Source: Candidatus Asgardarchaeum abyssi (GTDB lineage Archaea > Asgardarchaeota > Asgardarchaeia > Asgardarchaeales > Asgardarchaeaceae). Taken from it: DNA of 64,000 bases. The DNA lies in assembly GCA_040225955.1 (NCBI GenBank), contig JBECUL010000003.1, positions 11,952 through 75,951 on the forward strand, read 5' to 3'. The position numbers were made by a program, and so were the translations under genes. This document shows positions 27,022-37,017 of the stretch, piece after piece; the stretch's first letter is position 1, and each line of letters starts with the position of its first letter. The notes under the pieces are model-generated. The model was not told the origin of the DNA. It saw only the letters and a program-made list of their open reading frames with translations, and did not search any database.

Positions 27022-30000
27022 ATGGTATTTGTATTGCTCCTATCACTTTCTTTTGCCATTTACAATGTTTCAGAAGAACACCAAATTTCATTAAATGAGG
27101 AACATAATAATACTTTCGTAAAATATCCCGAAACTATTGGCTTCACACAAACATCGTCACAATGGTGGAACACATCCTATCTCTATAGGATCCCCATTAC
27201 TATTTCAGGAAGCAATGGGATTGAAAGAAAAAACGAGCCTATAAGTGTGCATATAACATTTCCACTAAGTCATGCAAGAATTAACAGTATTCGTATTATA
27301 AACCCCAACCTAAAGCAGGTTCCATATCAGATAACCCAACAAGTTCTAGATGGGGACTACTATACAGAAGTAACCTTAGTATTTCCCGTTAATATTACAA
27401 GTGACAGCACTACCTATTATATTTATTACACATCACAGCAAGTTGAACCACCTTCCTTTTCTGACCAATTACAAGTTTCTTTTGATGGTACATCCCTACT
27501 AATTGATAATAGGCTATACTCAGCTGGTATTAGTGTTGGCACTGGGTTTGATAATTTGATTATCAACAATCATAACTTCGCTGAGGTTAACAATTTTGCT
27601 CCAATTGCTCAAAATGGTTATTCATTTATAGCCGAATATGTTTCTATAAAGAGTAGCGATGAAATACACATTATATCTTGGTATGATAATACGTTTTTCA
27701 GAGTTGTTGATCCAACAGATGGTACAATAATCATACAAGGAATATTGAATGAAGGAGAGCAATATGTATATTCTTCCCCAGCCGATGCTCTGTTAAAGAT
27801 AGAGTCAAACAATACAATTACATTCCAAATATATAAATACCCACCAGATAGGCTTCCGACCGATCTATCAAATGATGACACTTGGTGCTATACTGGTGCT
27901 ATGTTATATGCTTGGGTGAGATACCATCTATATATAGCTACCTTTGACAAATCTGCAAAAATAGAAATATGGGATTTGCAAAACGATGATAGCGTGGACG
28001 ACACTGATAATTTCTACGGATCCAATGCAATATTATTATCACCTGGTGAGGTTTGGAGCTATACCTCCTTTGATGGAGACGTAATCCGTATAAAGTCAAA
28101 TACAACAATTTATGTGCTAGGTGATTCAGTTGAAGCATCAACTGGTAGGCCAGATGGGCCAGAAACATTTTCAACTGCTTATGGAATTAATCAAACATAC
28201 TATACTGTTTTTGGAGCCCCTCTTGACGGAGGAGGAGGCTATATTGGTATCATGGCCCTTCAGGATAATACCTATGTAGAAGTTGTGGATAAAGCAGCAG
28301 CAACAAGCATCTCTAATGTTCTTAATTCTTTGGAAGTTGTGGTTCACAATGTAGCCGATGGTTGGTTTGACATAAAATCCGATAAACCAATCGTAGTTTA
28401 TACCAGTATGCATCAAGAAGCTGGGAAAAATCCTAATATCTACGGCCTTGAAATACTTGGTAATAGTAAAGACTATTATATCATAAATCCAAATGATCCA
28501 AATAGCGGCACCACATATAAGTTAAGAATAACTTATACGGCACTTGATGACAATACTGCCGTATATATTTTGCAGCAAGACAACTTAAATCCCTCTCCAG
28601 ATATATTACTAAAATATCAAAGTAATACCTTTGATGTATCTCCTGGCCAAGGTGTAGTTATTTATTCAAATAAACCACTTGCTGTTAGACTGTCTTTTGT
28701 GGATGCCGATGGTCTCCCCCTTGCTGGCCTTCAAGGTGAATCCCTTTTAGTTATGGAACGAAGGCCCTCAATTACAAAAATCCAGGAGATTGAAAAAGGG
28801 GCCGTTTTTGCAAAGTATAAATTGTATTGGAATTCTACCGATAACATGTTAAATGCGACAGATATTGTGACCTTTTACTATAAGTATCCCCTTATAAAAT
28901 TTAATAGAACTATCTGGTGGGGAACATCTAATACAAGATATTCATTTGAGCCCATGATTTTTCACTATGACACAATTCAACAGTCATCAATGTATTTAAG
29001 TGATGTGATAGCTGATAGTAGTTTATATTCCTTAATGGATTTTGCTAGAGCTACAGCCTATGTAAGCGGATGGAGCTCATCAGACTACACTGGGATAGGC
29101 CTTATTATTGAGAGTGTTAATTCAATAGGTGCTGAAGGCCTTCCAGCTTTTGCATATTATGAATTGCCTTGTGGATTATCTATCACCAGCGGAAGATTTG
29201 ATATATCACTTAATGTTTATGAACTTAGTACCTTTTCAGGATCAGCGTACTCAATTAAGATAAATGGAGCCATAATTGCTGGTAATAATTTTGCCTTAAT
29301 ATCTGAGATTGATTCACTATATCAATCAGTATTGTATCCCTTGCTAGGAACTCTTGGCGATGAAGAAATGCTAATGAATTTACTTGTATCTATCTTTGAT
29401 CTCGATGGAAATCCAGTTGTTAACGCTAATACAACATTGTATTCCTCTGCTGGTGTAAAGCTTTTCAGTGAGTATACCAATTCAACTGGTGAAGTCTTCT
29501 TTGATAAAATACCTGAGTTGGGAAACTATACACTAAACGTGTTTTATTCTACTAAATATAATTTAGATGTAGAGGCAGTAGAGGTAGTTTCATTTACTGC
29601 TAGTGATATTGGTACTGTTAAAAAAGTAAATGTTACTCTAGCATTAGCAAATTTCACGATAAAAGTTGTTGATCTTTTAGGTGATGCTATTTCTGGTGAT
29701 GCAAGAGTAAGGTTAAAGAATGCTTCTAATTCGGCGCAGATAATTGCTGAATCTGTAACGAATTCAAGTGGTTTTGCTTATTTTGACTATCTGCCCGGAA
29801 CTAATTACATAATAGAATCTCACTATATACCCGGAGCTACTGTATCAATAGACGCATACAACTTTACTCATCATACCTCATTTAATTTAAATTTAACAAA
29901 AGTTATCACAGTAGTAGAATTGTTAAATACAATTTCTGTGAGAGTCCTGAATTATGATGGAAACCCTGTAACAGATGCCTTTGTTATTAGGACGAACCTT

Positions 30001-33000
30001 GATGTCTCTCAGGATACATATCAAACATCAGCAACTACAAATGCCACTGGCTGGGTCACTTTTGAAAGAATACGTGTAGGTAATACAAGATTTTTTGTAA
30101 GTTACGCAAATGATTATGATCAAGATATAATAAATGCAACAATAACTTACCTTTATGACAATACGAGTGCGGCTGTTGATGTTATCCTTCCCATGGCGTC
30201 TCTCATTGTAAGGGCTTATGATGTTTCACATTCAAATTATATTCAAGGCGCACTTATGTACGTTAATAACACAGATGGGTCCTCGGTAACTTATTCGTCA
30301 ACAAATCAATCTGGTTATGTTGTATTCGAAAATATTGCATGCGGCATTAAGTATAATGTTAGTGTTGTAAAGAATAATAATTGGAATTGGACATTATTAA
30401 CCCTAAATGATACAACCTTCATTCAGCTTAATATATCAATATCTTGGACTCCCACGGATACTATATTAATGCTGTATAATTCAACAATTATAGATGCCGT
30501 CTGGGATGACAATGTAACTATTGTAGTAGGCTTTATTAATCGAACAGATTTCCAAACAGGGTTAATAGACATACCCCTACAAGAAAATGAAGTTGATTCG
30601 CTAACGTATAAAATTATACTTGGAGATACAGTTATTGCCACAGGTAATTTTACGTATGATACAACAACTGGAAATTGGACAGCAAAACTCGATATTGGTC
30701 AATTAAAATTAAATGCTAGTAATTCCTTCTTAATAGTAATAGAAGGAGATGCTCGTGCAAATTCAACTACGCTTGTGCAGTTTAATGACCCTACTCCAAC
30801 AACCTTGAAACTTATAGTAGATTTTGCAGATACTACTGCCCTGTATACATATAACGATATTTATGTTGAATGGGGATTTAACGTATCTCTTAGTTTTACC
30901 TTTGTTGATGGGCATGGTATCTACTTGAAATCAGCAATAACTCGAGCATCCGTCTTACAAGATACTGAGACGTATCATCTATATGGTTCCCTTATAAATC
31001 TTGGCAATGGAACTTATGCATTTCAAGGAAACACTGGTGATGTTAATGGCTTGAATCTACCAGTAGGTAATTATACATTAGTTATTTTTATGGGTGAATT
31101 TAATTACAATAACCAGACCATATATCTTCCATTACATGTAACTTCAAGGCAGACATCAATTGATTCATCAATATCAAGCATATCTGTTAATTGGAGTAAT
31201 CCATTTACATTTTATGTGAACTATTCTTCTTATGGCGTATCTTTGAATGATGCAAATGTCTGGTTGCAATGGGATACGGGGTTAAAGCTCAATTACTCAT
31301 CATATTCAAATGGTTTATACACCTTTGTTGCGAATACATCTTCTATTGATGTTGGAGTACACACATTAACAGTTTATGCAAGCCTATCGAACTATACTGA
31401 AAAATCAATATTGATTACAGTTGAGGTACTTCCTTTACCGACTGAAATAGACCCTATCTCTCAAATTCAATTCTCCATAAATTGGTCAGTGCCAGTCACA
31501 GTAGTCGTAGAGTATAGAGACCTAAATCATTCTGCCAAGATCCCTGATGCAACAGTTTCAATGACAAACTGGAATAGCTCCGCTTTTTCATATGAATATT
31601 CTGATGGAAAATATTATATTACGTTCCTTAGCCAGTATGTACCACCAGGAAATTATAGTATTACTATAAAGATTTCAAAGCCAAACTATCAACAGGCACA
31701 ACTACTTGTAAAAATTAATGTCCTTATTCCCCTAAAAATACAACTTTTGACAGAACAGATTGAGTTCGTCTATTGGCTTGAAAAATTTTCCATAAACGCT
31801 ACAGTCATCAACCAATATAACGGAAGCGTTGTAGAAAATATAACACTAGTCTACTCTCAAGAAAACTTAGGGATTGACAATTTAGAAATACCATACGATC
31901 TCGATTTGGGGCATTTCTATATAGTGGTTAACACGACAATGTTTGATTCTGAAGGAACATATTTATTTAGATTGAATATAATGAATAGCGGTGTAATTGT
32001 CGCTCCAGTAGATGTATTTATTGTAATACAAAAGAGACCAATCAATATGGTCTACCCTACCCCATTAGTAATACCTGCCTACTATGCTGATATTATTAAT
32101 CTGACAATATCTTTGAGAGACGCATACAACGAATTTCCAGTAACATCTCCAGATTCTGTTGTTGCTAGTTTAAGCGTAGGAGAGATGTTTATTTGCAATA
32201 ATATATCAACAATATACGAAGTATCTCCTGGCGATTATAGATTCACTATAAATACAGATGGTCTGAACTTAATGGCAGGTCAGACATATATTTTGACTAT
32301 CTCATTCCAAAAAGTAGGATTTCAAATAGATACCATAATAACATACACTATATTTATCCAAGAAACTCCTGCTAGCGTAGATGTTTATGTTGAAAGCATT
32401 GTGTATTGGGGCGAAAATGTAACATTTGTTGCATCCTACCAAGATACAGTACATAATACTTCAATTAATGCTAGTAATGTAACTTTAAATATCGCGGGTA
32501 ATGTATATTCAATGATGCCTTCAGAAAATGTGTTTGTCCTAACATTAAATACCTCACAATTTACAACCGGTACCTACTTAGTCAAGGTATCTGCTGTTGC
32601 TAATAATTATGAATTAGCTGACCATTCCTTCCAGCTCCAAATACTCAATAGAACAACACAAATCCGAGTTGAATTTTACCCAGAAGAAAGAATAATAATT
32701 CAAGGTTCTGTCGAAAAAATGAAAATATTCGTAGAGTATATTGATTCGTTCAGCAATAGACCCATTCATAACGCAACTGTTACTTTTTCAACTGGCGGTA
32801 GCATTATGTACACACTACAAGAATACCCAAATGGAACTTATATTCTAATTTTAGATATGACAAATTTCACAACAGTGGGAAATTATACATTCATTATCTC
32901 GGCCAAAAAGGCGAACTATGAGTTTAAGAGTCAGCTGTTTCAGATAACTATAGAGGAGCCATATATCGCAATTGGTGGTGTAAAAATACCTGTTCGGTCG

Positions 33001-33249
33001 GTTGTTAATATTGGTGGTAGTGTATCGGTAGCAGTAGCACTTATGGGTGTTGCATTGTACGGATACAGAAATTACAAAATCCCTTGGATAATCCGTATTA
33101 CCGATAAAGCCATAAGAGCTCTCATTAAAGGAAAACCGGTTGACTTCTCTAAGTTCCCAGACTTCAGTGACTTATTAGAAGATGCAATAGCTCCTATGTT
33201 CGCTAGCATAAAGATACAATGCCCTCCGAAACAGTTAAATATTTTATGA
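27022..33249 (+). CDS. Giant cell-surface glycoprotein (signal peptide, Ig-like repeats, C-terminal TM anchor); last codons come from the inserted element
   Basis: 2075 aa, many NxS/T sequons, WWN..YRIPITI N-terminus, I.SDKPI.V repeats, D.DG.PV.NA repeats, TM near residue 2000 then a basic tail. Confidence 0.8.
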   Translation: MVFVLLLSLSFAIYNVSEEHQISLNEEHNNTFVKYPETIGFTQTSSQWWNTSYLYRIPITISGSNGIERKNEPISVHITFPLSHARINSIRIINPNLKQVPYQITQQVLDGDYYTEVTLVFPVNITSDSTTYYIYYTSQQVEPPSFSDQLQVSFDGTSLLIDNRLYSAGISVGTGFDNLIINNHNFAEVNNFAPIAQNGYSFIAEYVSIKSSDEIHIISWYDNTFFRVVDPTDGTIIIQGILNEGEQYVYSSPADALLKIESNNTITFQIYKYPPDRLPTDLSNDDTWCYTGAMLYAWVRYHLYIATFDKSAKIEIWDLQNDDSVDDTDNFYGSNAILLSPGEVWSYTSFDGDVIRIKSNTTIYVLGDSVEASTGRPDGPETFSTAYGINQTYYTVFGAPLDGGGGYIGIMALQDNTYVEVVDKAAATSISNVLNSLEVVVHNVADGWFDIKSDKPIVVYTSMHQEAGKNPNIYGLEILGNSKDYYIINPNDPNSGTTYKLRITYTALDDNTAVYILQQDNLNPSPDILLKYQSNTFDVSPGQGVVIYSNKPLAVRLSFVDADGLPLAGLQGESLLVMERRPSITKIQEIEKGAVFAKYKLYWNSTDNMLNATDIVTFYYKYPLIKFNRTIWWGTSNTRYSFEPMIFHYDTIQQSSMYLSDVIADSSLYSLMDFARATAYVSGWSSSDYTGIGLIIESVNSIGAEGLPAFAYYELPCGLSITSGRFDISLNVYELSTFSGSAYSIKINGAIIAGNNFALISEIDSLYQSVLYPLLGTLGDEEMLMNLLVSIFDLDGNPVVNANTTLYSSAGVKLFSEYTNSTGEVFFDKIPELGNYTLNVFYSTKYNLDVEAVEVVSFTASDIGTVKKVNVTLALANFTIKVVDLLGDAISGDARVRLKNASNSAQIIAESVTNSSGFAYFDYLPGTNYIIESHYIPGATVSIDAYNFTHHTSFNLNLTKVITVVELLNTISVRVLNYDGNPVTDAFVIRTNLDVSQDTYQTSATTNATGWVTFERIRVGNTRFFVSYANDYDQDIINATITYLYDNTSAAVDVILPMASLIVRAYDVSHSNYIQGALMYVNNTDGSSVTYSSTNQSGYVVFENIACGIKYNVSVVKNNNWNWTLLTLNDTTFIQLNISISWTPTDTILMLYNSTIIDAVWDDNVTIVVGFINRTDFQTGLIDIPLQENEVDSLTYKIILGDTVIATGNFTYDTTTGNWTAKLDIGQLKLNASNSFLIVIEGDARANSTTLVQFNDPTPTTLKLIVDFADTTALYTYNDIYVEWGFNVSLSFTFVDGHGIYLKSAITRASVLQDTETYHLYGSLINLGNGTYAFQGNTGDVNGLNLPVGNYTLVIFMGEFNYNNQTIYLPLHVTSRQTSIDSSISSISVNWSNPFTFYVNYSSYGVSLNDANVWLQWDTGLKLNYSSYSNGLYTFVANTSSIDVGVHTLTVYASLSNYTEKSILITVEVLPLPTEIDPISQIQFSINWSVPVTVVVEYRDLNHSAKIPDATVSMTNWNSSAFSYEYSDGKYYITFLSQYVPPGNYSITIKISKPNYQQAQLLVKINVLIPLKIQLLTEQIEFVYWLEKFSINATVINQYNGSVVENITLVYSQENLGIDNLEIPYDLDLGHFYIVVNTTMFDSEGTYLFRLNIMNSGVIVAPVDVFIVIQKRPINMVYPTPLVIPAYYADIINLTISLRDAYNEFPVTSPDSVVASLSVGEMFICNNISTIYEVSPGDYRFTINTDGLNLMAGQTYILTISFQKVGFQIDTIITYTIFIQETPASVDVYVESIVYWGENVTFVASYQDTVHNTSINASNVTLNIAGNVYSMMPSENVFVLTLNTSQFTTGTYLVKVSAVANNYELADHSFQLQILNRTTQIRVEFYPEERIIIQGSVEKMKIFVEYIDSFSNRPIHNATVTFSTGGSIMYTLQEYPNGTYILILDMTNFTTVGNYTFIISAKKANYEFKSQLFQITIEEPYIAIGGVKIPVRSVVNIGGSVSVAVALMGVALYGYRNYKIPWIIRITDKAIRALIKGKPVDFSKFPDFSDLLEDAIAPMFASIKIQCPPKQLNIL

Positions 33250-33463
33250 GCATTTATGAGTACTGAGGCAGTGTCCGAATGTGGCGGGAGTAAAGCACCG
33301 AAAGGACACCGCAATGTGAAAGGACGCTGTGATGTGGGGCTTGTGGGGTTACCCTGAACGGGTCAAGACCAATGACTTGCCCCCCATGAACCCAGAGGGG
33401 GCTGAGGCTGATGAGGCCCAAGGTGGATGTTTGCTCATCAATGCGGACATCCACCGAACCCCC
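33222..33463 (+). mobile_element. Non-autonomous IS607/TnpB-derived mini-element, copy 2, inserted in the 3' end of the surface-protein gene
   Basis: ~91% identical to 1000-1241 and supplies the stop codon of ORF 27022..33249. Removing it restores CAA TGC CCT GTA AGG GTT GCA GAG TAA (or CAA TGC CTG TAA). Confidence 0.72.
33331..33463 (+). ncRNA. Putative omega-RNA-like structured RNA scaffold (copy 2)
   Basis: GCCCCC/GGGGGC and GTGGATGTTTGC/GCGGACATCCAC stems conserved relative to copy 1. Confidence 0.45.
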
Positions 33464-33736
33464 TGTAAGGGTTGCAGAGTAATTTCTCTCTTCTTTTTAT
33501 TCTTCTTCGGTTTAACATAGTATCACATCTATGAGTGTATTTAAGAGATTTTAGTGTATATGATGCTCATTATTCTATAAAACAAGATAAAAAATAATCC
33601 CAAAAGCTAGAGTTCTAACTAAATTATTAAATAGAGTGGTCTAGGCTTAAATAAGTTTGAATATTAAGGTAACTCTTCCATTAAGAGAGAAAAATATATA
33701 GCAAACTTTAAACCTTTTAGAAAAACTTAAGATTAA

Positions 33737-34555
33737 TTGATGCAACTAGCTGGGATGAGTATGAAATTCGAAGTTTTTGGAATACATACCCCATTAATTA
33801 CTGAAAATGATAACCTTGTGGATGTTCTTTTGACTTCCTTACAAGATATGGGACTGACAATAGAAGATAATGATATCGTTGTTGTTGCTTCTTCCGTTGT
33901 TTCGCTTGTTGAAAAGCGAAAGGTGAAGGTATCTGAAATAAAACCATCCCAAGAGGCAATTGAACTTGGCGAAAAATACAAAATAGACCCAAAATTTATG
34001 CAACTTATAATCGATGAGTCCAGCGAAATAATAGGTAAGCCAAAGGGATTAAAGGGATTTCTACTAACAATTAGGAAAGGGATACCATGCGTAAATGCGT
34101 GCATTGATATGTCAAATGTACCTCAAGGCTACTATCTATTACCCCCTAAGGACCCAATGATATCAGCGAAGAGAATTAGAGAGGAAATAAAAAAGCGAAC
34201 TGGGAAAAAAGTAGCTGTGATAATCGCAGATAGTGGAATTCTCCCAAGCAAAAAAGGAACTGTTGGTGTGGCCTTAGGTTTTTCTGGGATTAAACCTGTT
34301 AGAAATTATGTAGGTAAAAAGGATCTTTACGGACGAGTATTAAAAGTTTCAAGGCAATCCATGGTGGATTTGTTAGCATCTGTGGCCGAAATTGTAATGG
34401 GCGAGGCCGATGAGAGAATACCATTTGCCTTAATTCGTGGAGTACCTGCAGAATTTACTGATGAGGATATATCCCTTGAAGAGAGTATCATGCCACCAAA
34501 TGAATGCATGTTCATGAGTATCATGCTATCCAAGGTCAAAGAGGAAGAGCAGTAG
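33737..34555 (+). CDS. cofE: Coenzyme F420-0:L-glutamate ligase (CofE) family
   Basis: PLI..NDNL, DIVVVASSVVS, NACIDMSN, VIIADS, GTVGVALG, DLYGR.L, MGEADE.IP. Confidence 0.85.
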   Translation: MMQLAGMSMKFEVFGIHTPLITENDNLVDVLLTSLQDMGLTIEDNDIVVVASSVVSLVEKRKVKVSEIKPSQEAIELGEKYKIDPKFMQLIIDESSEIIGKPKGLKGFLLTIRKGIPCVNACIDMSNVPQGYYLLPPKDPMISAKRIREEIKKRTGKKVAVIIADSGILPSKKGTVGVALGFSGIKPVRNYVGKKDLYGRVLKVSRQSMVDLLASVAEIVMGEADERIPFALIRGVPAEFTDEDISLEESIMPPNECMFMSIMLSKVKEEEQ

Positions 34556-34569
34556 CCTCGCTGCAATTG

Positions 34570-35310
34570 TTAAAGTTTTTGTCTTAGCATCTTCTTAAGT
34601 ATCGGTATTTGCTCTATTTTTTCATGCGGCATCTCATCCCAATAAATTCCTTTCGGCTTTGGATATATTCTTTTCACTTCTAAAACTTTAGTTGGCGTGA
34701 CAATAATATCTATGGGCACATCGTGTTGAGTCATTGGTATATTATTATGAAACTGTACATCATGAACCGTTGTCACAACGGGTGTGTCTTCAGAAATCCA
34801 ACCAAATTCCCGTAATATGCCAAATTCAATATCTGAATAACCCCCTCCCTTACCAACACGACTCCCATCATTCCAAACAGCTACACTCCCAACTATTTTT
34901 AAATCTATATGATATCTTGAAATGTCTTCAGTTAACCTCCCCAATTTGAATGCGCCCTTTATGGTGCTCGCAAATTTAAGTAGCTTTCTTGGTATATTTG
35001 CAGGGTTAAGCACCAAAAATCCTTGCCGTAACCTTGGAGTGGCCATTATTACAACTTTATCATGCTCTAAAGCAATCCTGCGAATATGCTGCTGAGGAGA
35101 ATCTGGATTAGCGAAAATAACATTCGCTTTCTTAAATATGCTAAGCTCTGAAAGCTTTTTTGCGGCAATATCACTTCCAATAAAGTTTGGTATCCTCCCA
35201 AAAACAGGACGTGGAAATAACGCAATATTTCTCTCTTCCAAAATTCTCCAAATCTTCTCACGTATCTCCTGCTTTCTTTTATTTATCTCTTCTTGCTGTG
35301 AAGTATTAAT
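34570..35310 (-). CDS. 5-formyltetrahydrofolate cyclo-ligase family (archaeal/MTHFSD type)
   Basis: FPRPVFGRIPNF, NPDSPQ, TPRLR, GKGGGYSDIE, HDVPID. The conserved KQEIREKIW lies upstream of the listed TTG; probable ATT start at 35310, 7 nt after GGAGG. Confidence 0.88.
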   Translation of the reverse strand: MNTSQQEEINKRKQEIREKIWRILEERNIALFPRPVFGRIPNFIGSDIAAKKLSELSIFKKANVIFANPDSPQQHIRRIALEHDKVVIMATPRLRQGFLVLNPANIPRKLLKFASTIKGAFKLGRLTEDISRYHIDLKIVGSVAVWNDGSRVGKGGGYSDIEFGILREFGWISEDTPVVTTVHDVQFHNNIPMTQHDVPIDIIVTPTKVLEVKRIYPKPKGIYWDEMPHEKIEQIPILKKMLRQKL

Positions 35311-35334
35311 AGTAAGCCCTCCTTGACATACTTA

Positions 35335-37017
35335 TTATTTAGCTCTAATACTATTTTTAAAGTTCATTCTAAAGTATTTTCTAGTCATTTCTTTTGAAAT
35401 TTTTTCGTTTTCTAAGTCTTCTATAACAAGCTTATATTCTCTTTCGATAGGATTGCCATACCCTCCTCCTCCGGGTGTTCGGATAATAATTATATCTCCT
35501 TGTTGTAGCCAGATTGTTTCTTTACTTCTTAATGTTATCTTTTCGCCATTGTTCTTAATGACAAAGTATTCTCCACCAGCTCCAGGGAGACCACCTTTTA
35601 ACCCCCATGGTCTAAATTTATGTCTCTCCCCGAGAACACTTAATTTTGCTGCTGTGAGTAATTTATAAACCCTTTCTATTCCGAGTCCCCCTCTCCACTT
35701 TCCTAAACCTCCGCTATCCTTCCGTAGTTCATATTTTAAAATTAGAAGTGGGAAACGCTTTTCGATTTCCTCTATTGGCGTATTCATAGTGTTTGTCATA
35801 TGAGAGTGTATTCCATCAATTCCATCTAATCCCGGTCTAGCACCATAGCCTCCTCCAATGGTCTCATAAAATGTAAAGGGCTTATTATTCCGTGGGTTAA
35901 TTCCACCAATTAATATGTTATTCATTGTTCCTTGACATGCAGCAGGAATTCTATCTGGAATTATTTGAGAGAAGGCTTTAAGTAGAACATCAACTATTCT
36001 TTGTGATGTTTCAACATTACCACCCGAAACAGCACATGGGGGTTTAGCATCTATCACTGTACCTTTCTCTGTTTTCACCGTTAATGGTCTATAAGCTCCA
36101 TGATTTGCAGGTATTGTTGGGTCTGTTACCGCTCTTAGCACGTAATAGGATGCCGATAGAGTAACTGAATAGGGCGCATTTACTGGTCCTCTTACCTGCT
36201 TATCAGTTCCAGTGAAATCAAAAATCAATTCATTTTCTCTTATGATAACAGAAACTCTTATTCTTATAGGGTTGTCATCAACACCAGAATCGTCCAGATA
36301 ATCTTCCGCATCAACCTTTACCTTTGGGAACTTTTGTATCTCTTTTATCATTCGTCTCTCTGAATAATCAAGGATGGCCTCCACACATTCTTGAAAGGTA
36401 GTAAGACCGTATTTTTCAATTAGTTTGAGGACTTGTTTTCTCCCAATATTGTTTGCTGCGATTTGAGCCATTAAGTCTCCTTTTCTAATCTCTGGCGTTC
36501 TGGTATTTTTTAGGATAATCTCCAGAACATCTTTATTAATAATTCCTTTATCCATAAGTTTTACAGGCGGAATTACTAAACCTTCTTCAAATATTTCCTC
36601 AGCATCGCCCGGCATTGAGCCAGGAGTCTTTCCTCCTATATCACTATGATGTGCTCTATTTACAACAAATCCAACCAGCTTCTCATTATAAAAGATAGGA
36701 GCTATTAGAGTGAGATCTGGTAAATGAGTTCCTCCTCTAAATGGGTCATTTAACACAAACATGTCACCAGGGTATATTTCCTCGAAATCTTTCATGACTT
36801 GTTCTACAGCTATTGGCATTGCACCGAGGTGAACTGGAATATGCTCTGCTTGGACTAACATGCGAGCTTGTGAATCGAAAATTGCACAACTGTGATCCAT
36901 TCGCTCTTTAATATTTGCACTATATGCAGAATTTCTTAAGATTATTCCCATTTCTTCAGTTGTATATTCTAATGCACCTCTTATTACCTCAACAGTGATA
37001 ACATTAACCAATATCAT
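35335..37017 (-). CDS. hyuB: Hydantoinase B/5-oxoprolinase subunit
   Basis: SANIKERMDHSCAIFD, HIPVHLG, NDPFRGGTHLPD, HHSDIGG, GNVETSQR, NTPIE, TPGGGGYG. Confidence 0.92.
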   Translation of the reverse strand: MILVNVITVEVIRGALEYTTEEMGIILRNSAYSANIKERMDHSCAIFDSQARMLVQAEHIPVHLGAMPIAVEQVMKDFEEIYPGDMFVLNDPFRGGTHLPDLTLIAPIFYNEKLVGFVVNRAHHSDIGGKTPGSMPGDAEEIFEEGLVIPPVKLMDKGIINKDVLEIILKNTRTPEIRKGDLMAQIAANNIGRKQVLKLIEKYGLTTFQECVEAILDYSERRMIKEIQKFPKVKVDAEDYLDDSGVDDNPIRIRVSVIIRENELIFDFTGTDKQVRGPVNAPYSVTLSASYYVLRAVTDPTIPANHGAYRPLTVKTEKGTVIDAKPPCAVSGGNVETSQRIVDVLLKAFSQIIPDRIPAACQGTMNNILIGGINPRNNKPFTFYETIGGGYGARPGLDGIDGIHSHMTNTMNTPIEEIEKRFPLLILKYELRKDSGGLGKWRGGLGIERVYKLLTAAKLSVLGERHKFRPWGLKGGLPGAGGEYFVIKNNGEKITLRSKETIWLQQGDIIIIRTPGGGGYGNPIEREYKLVIEDLENEKISKEMTRKYFRMNFKNSIRAK

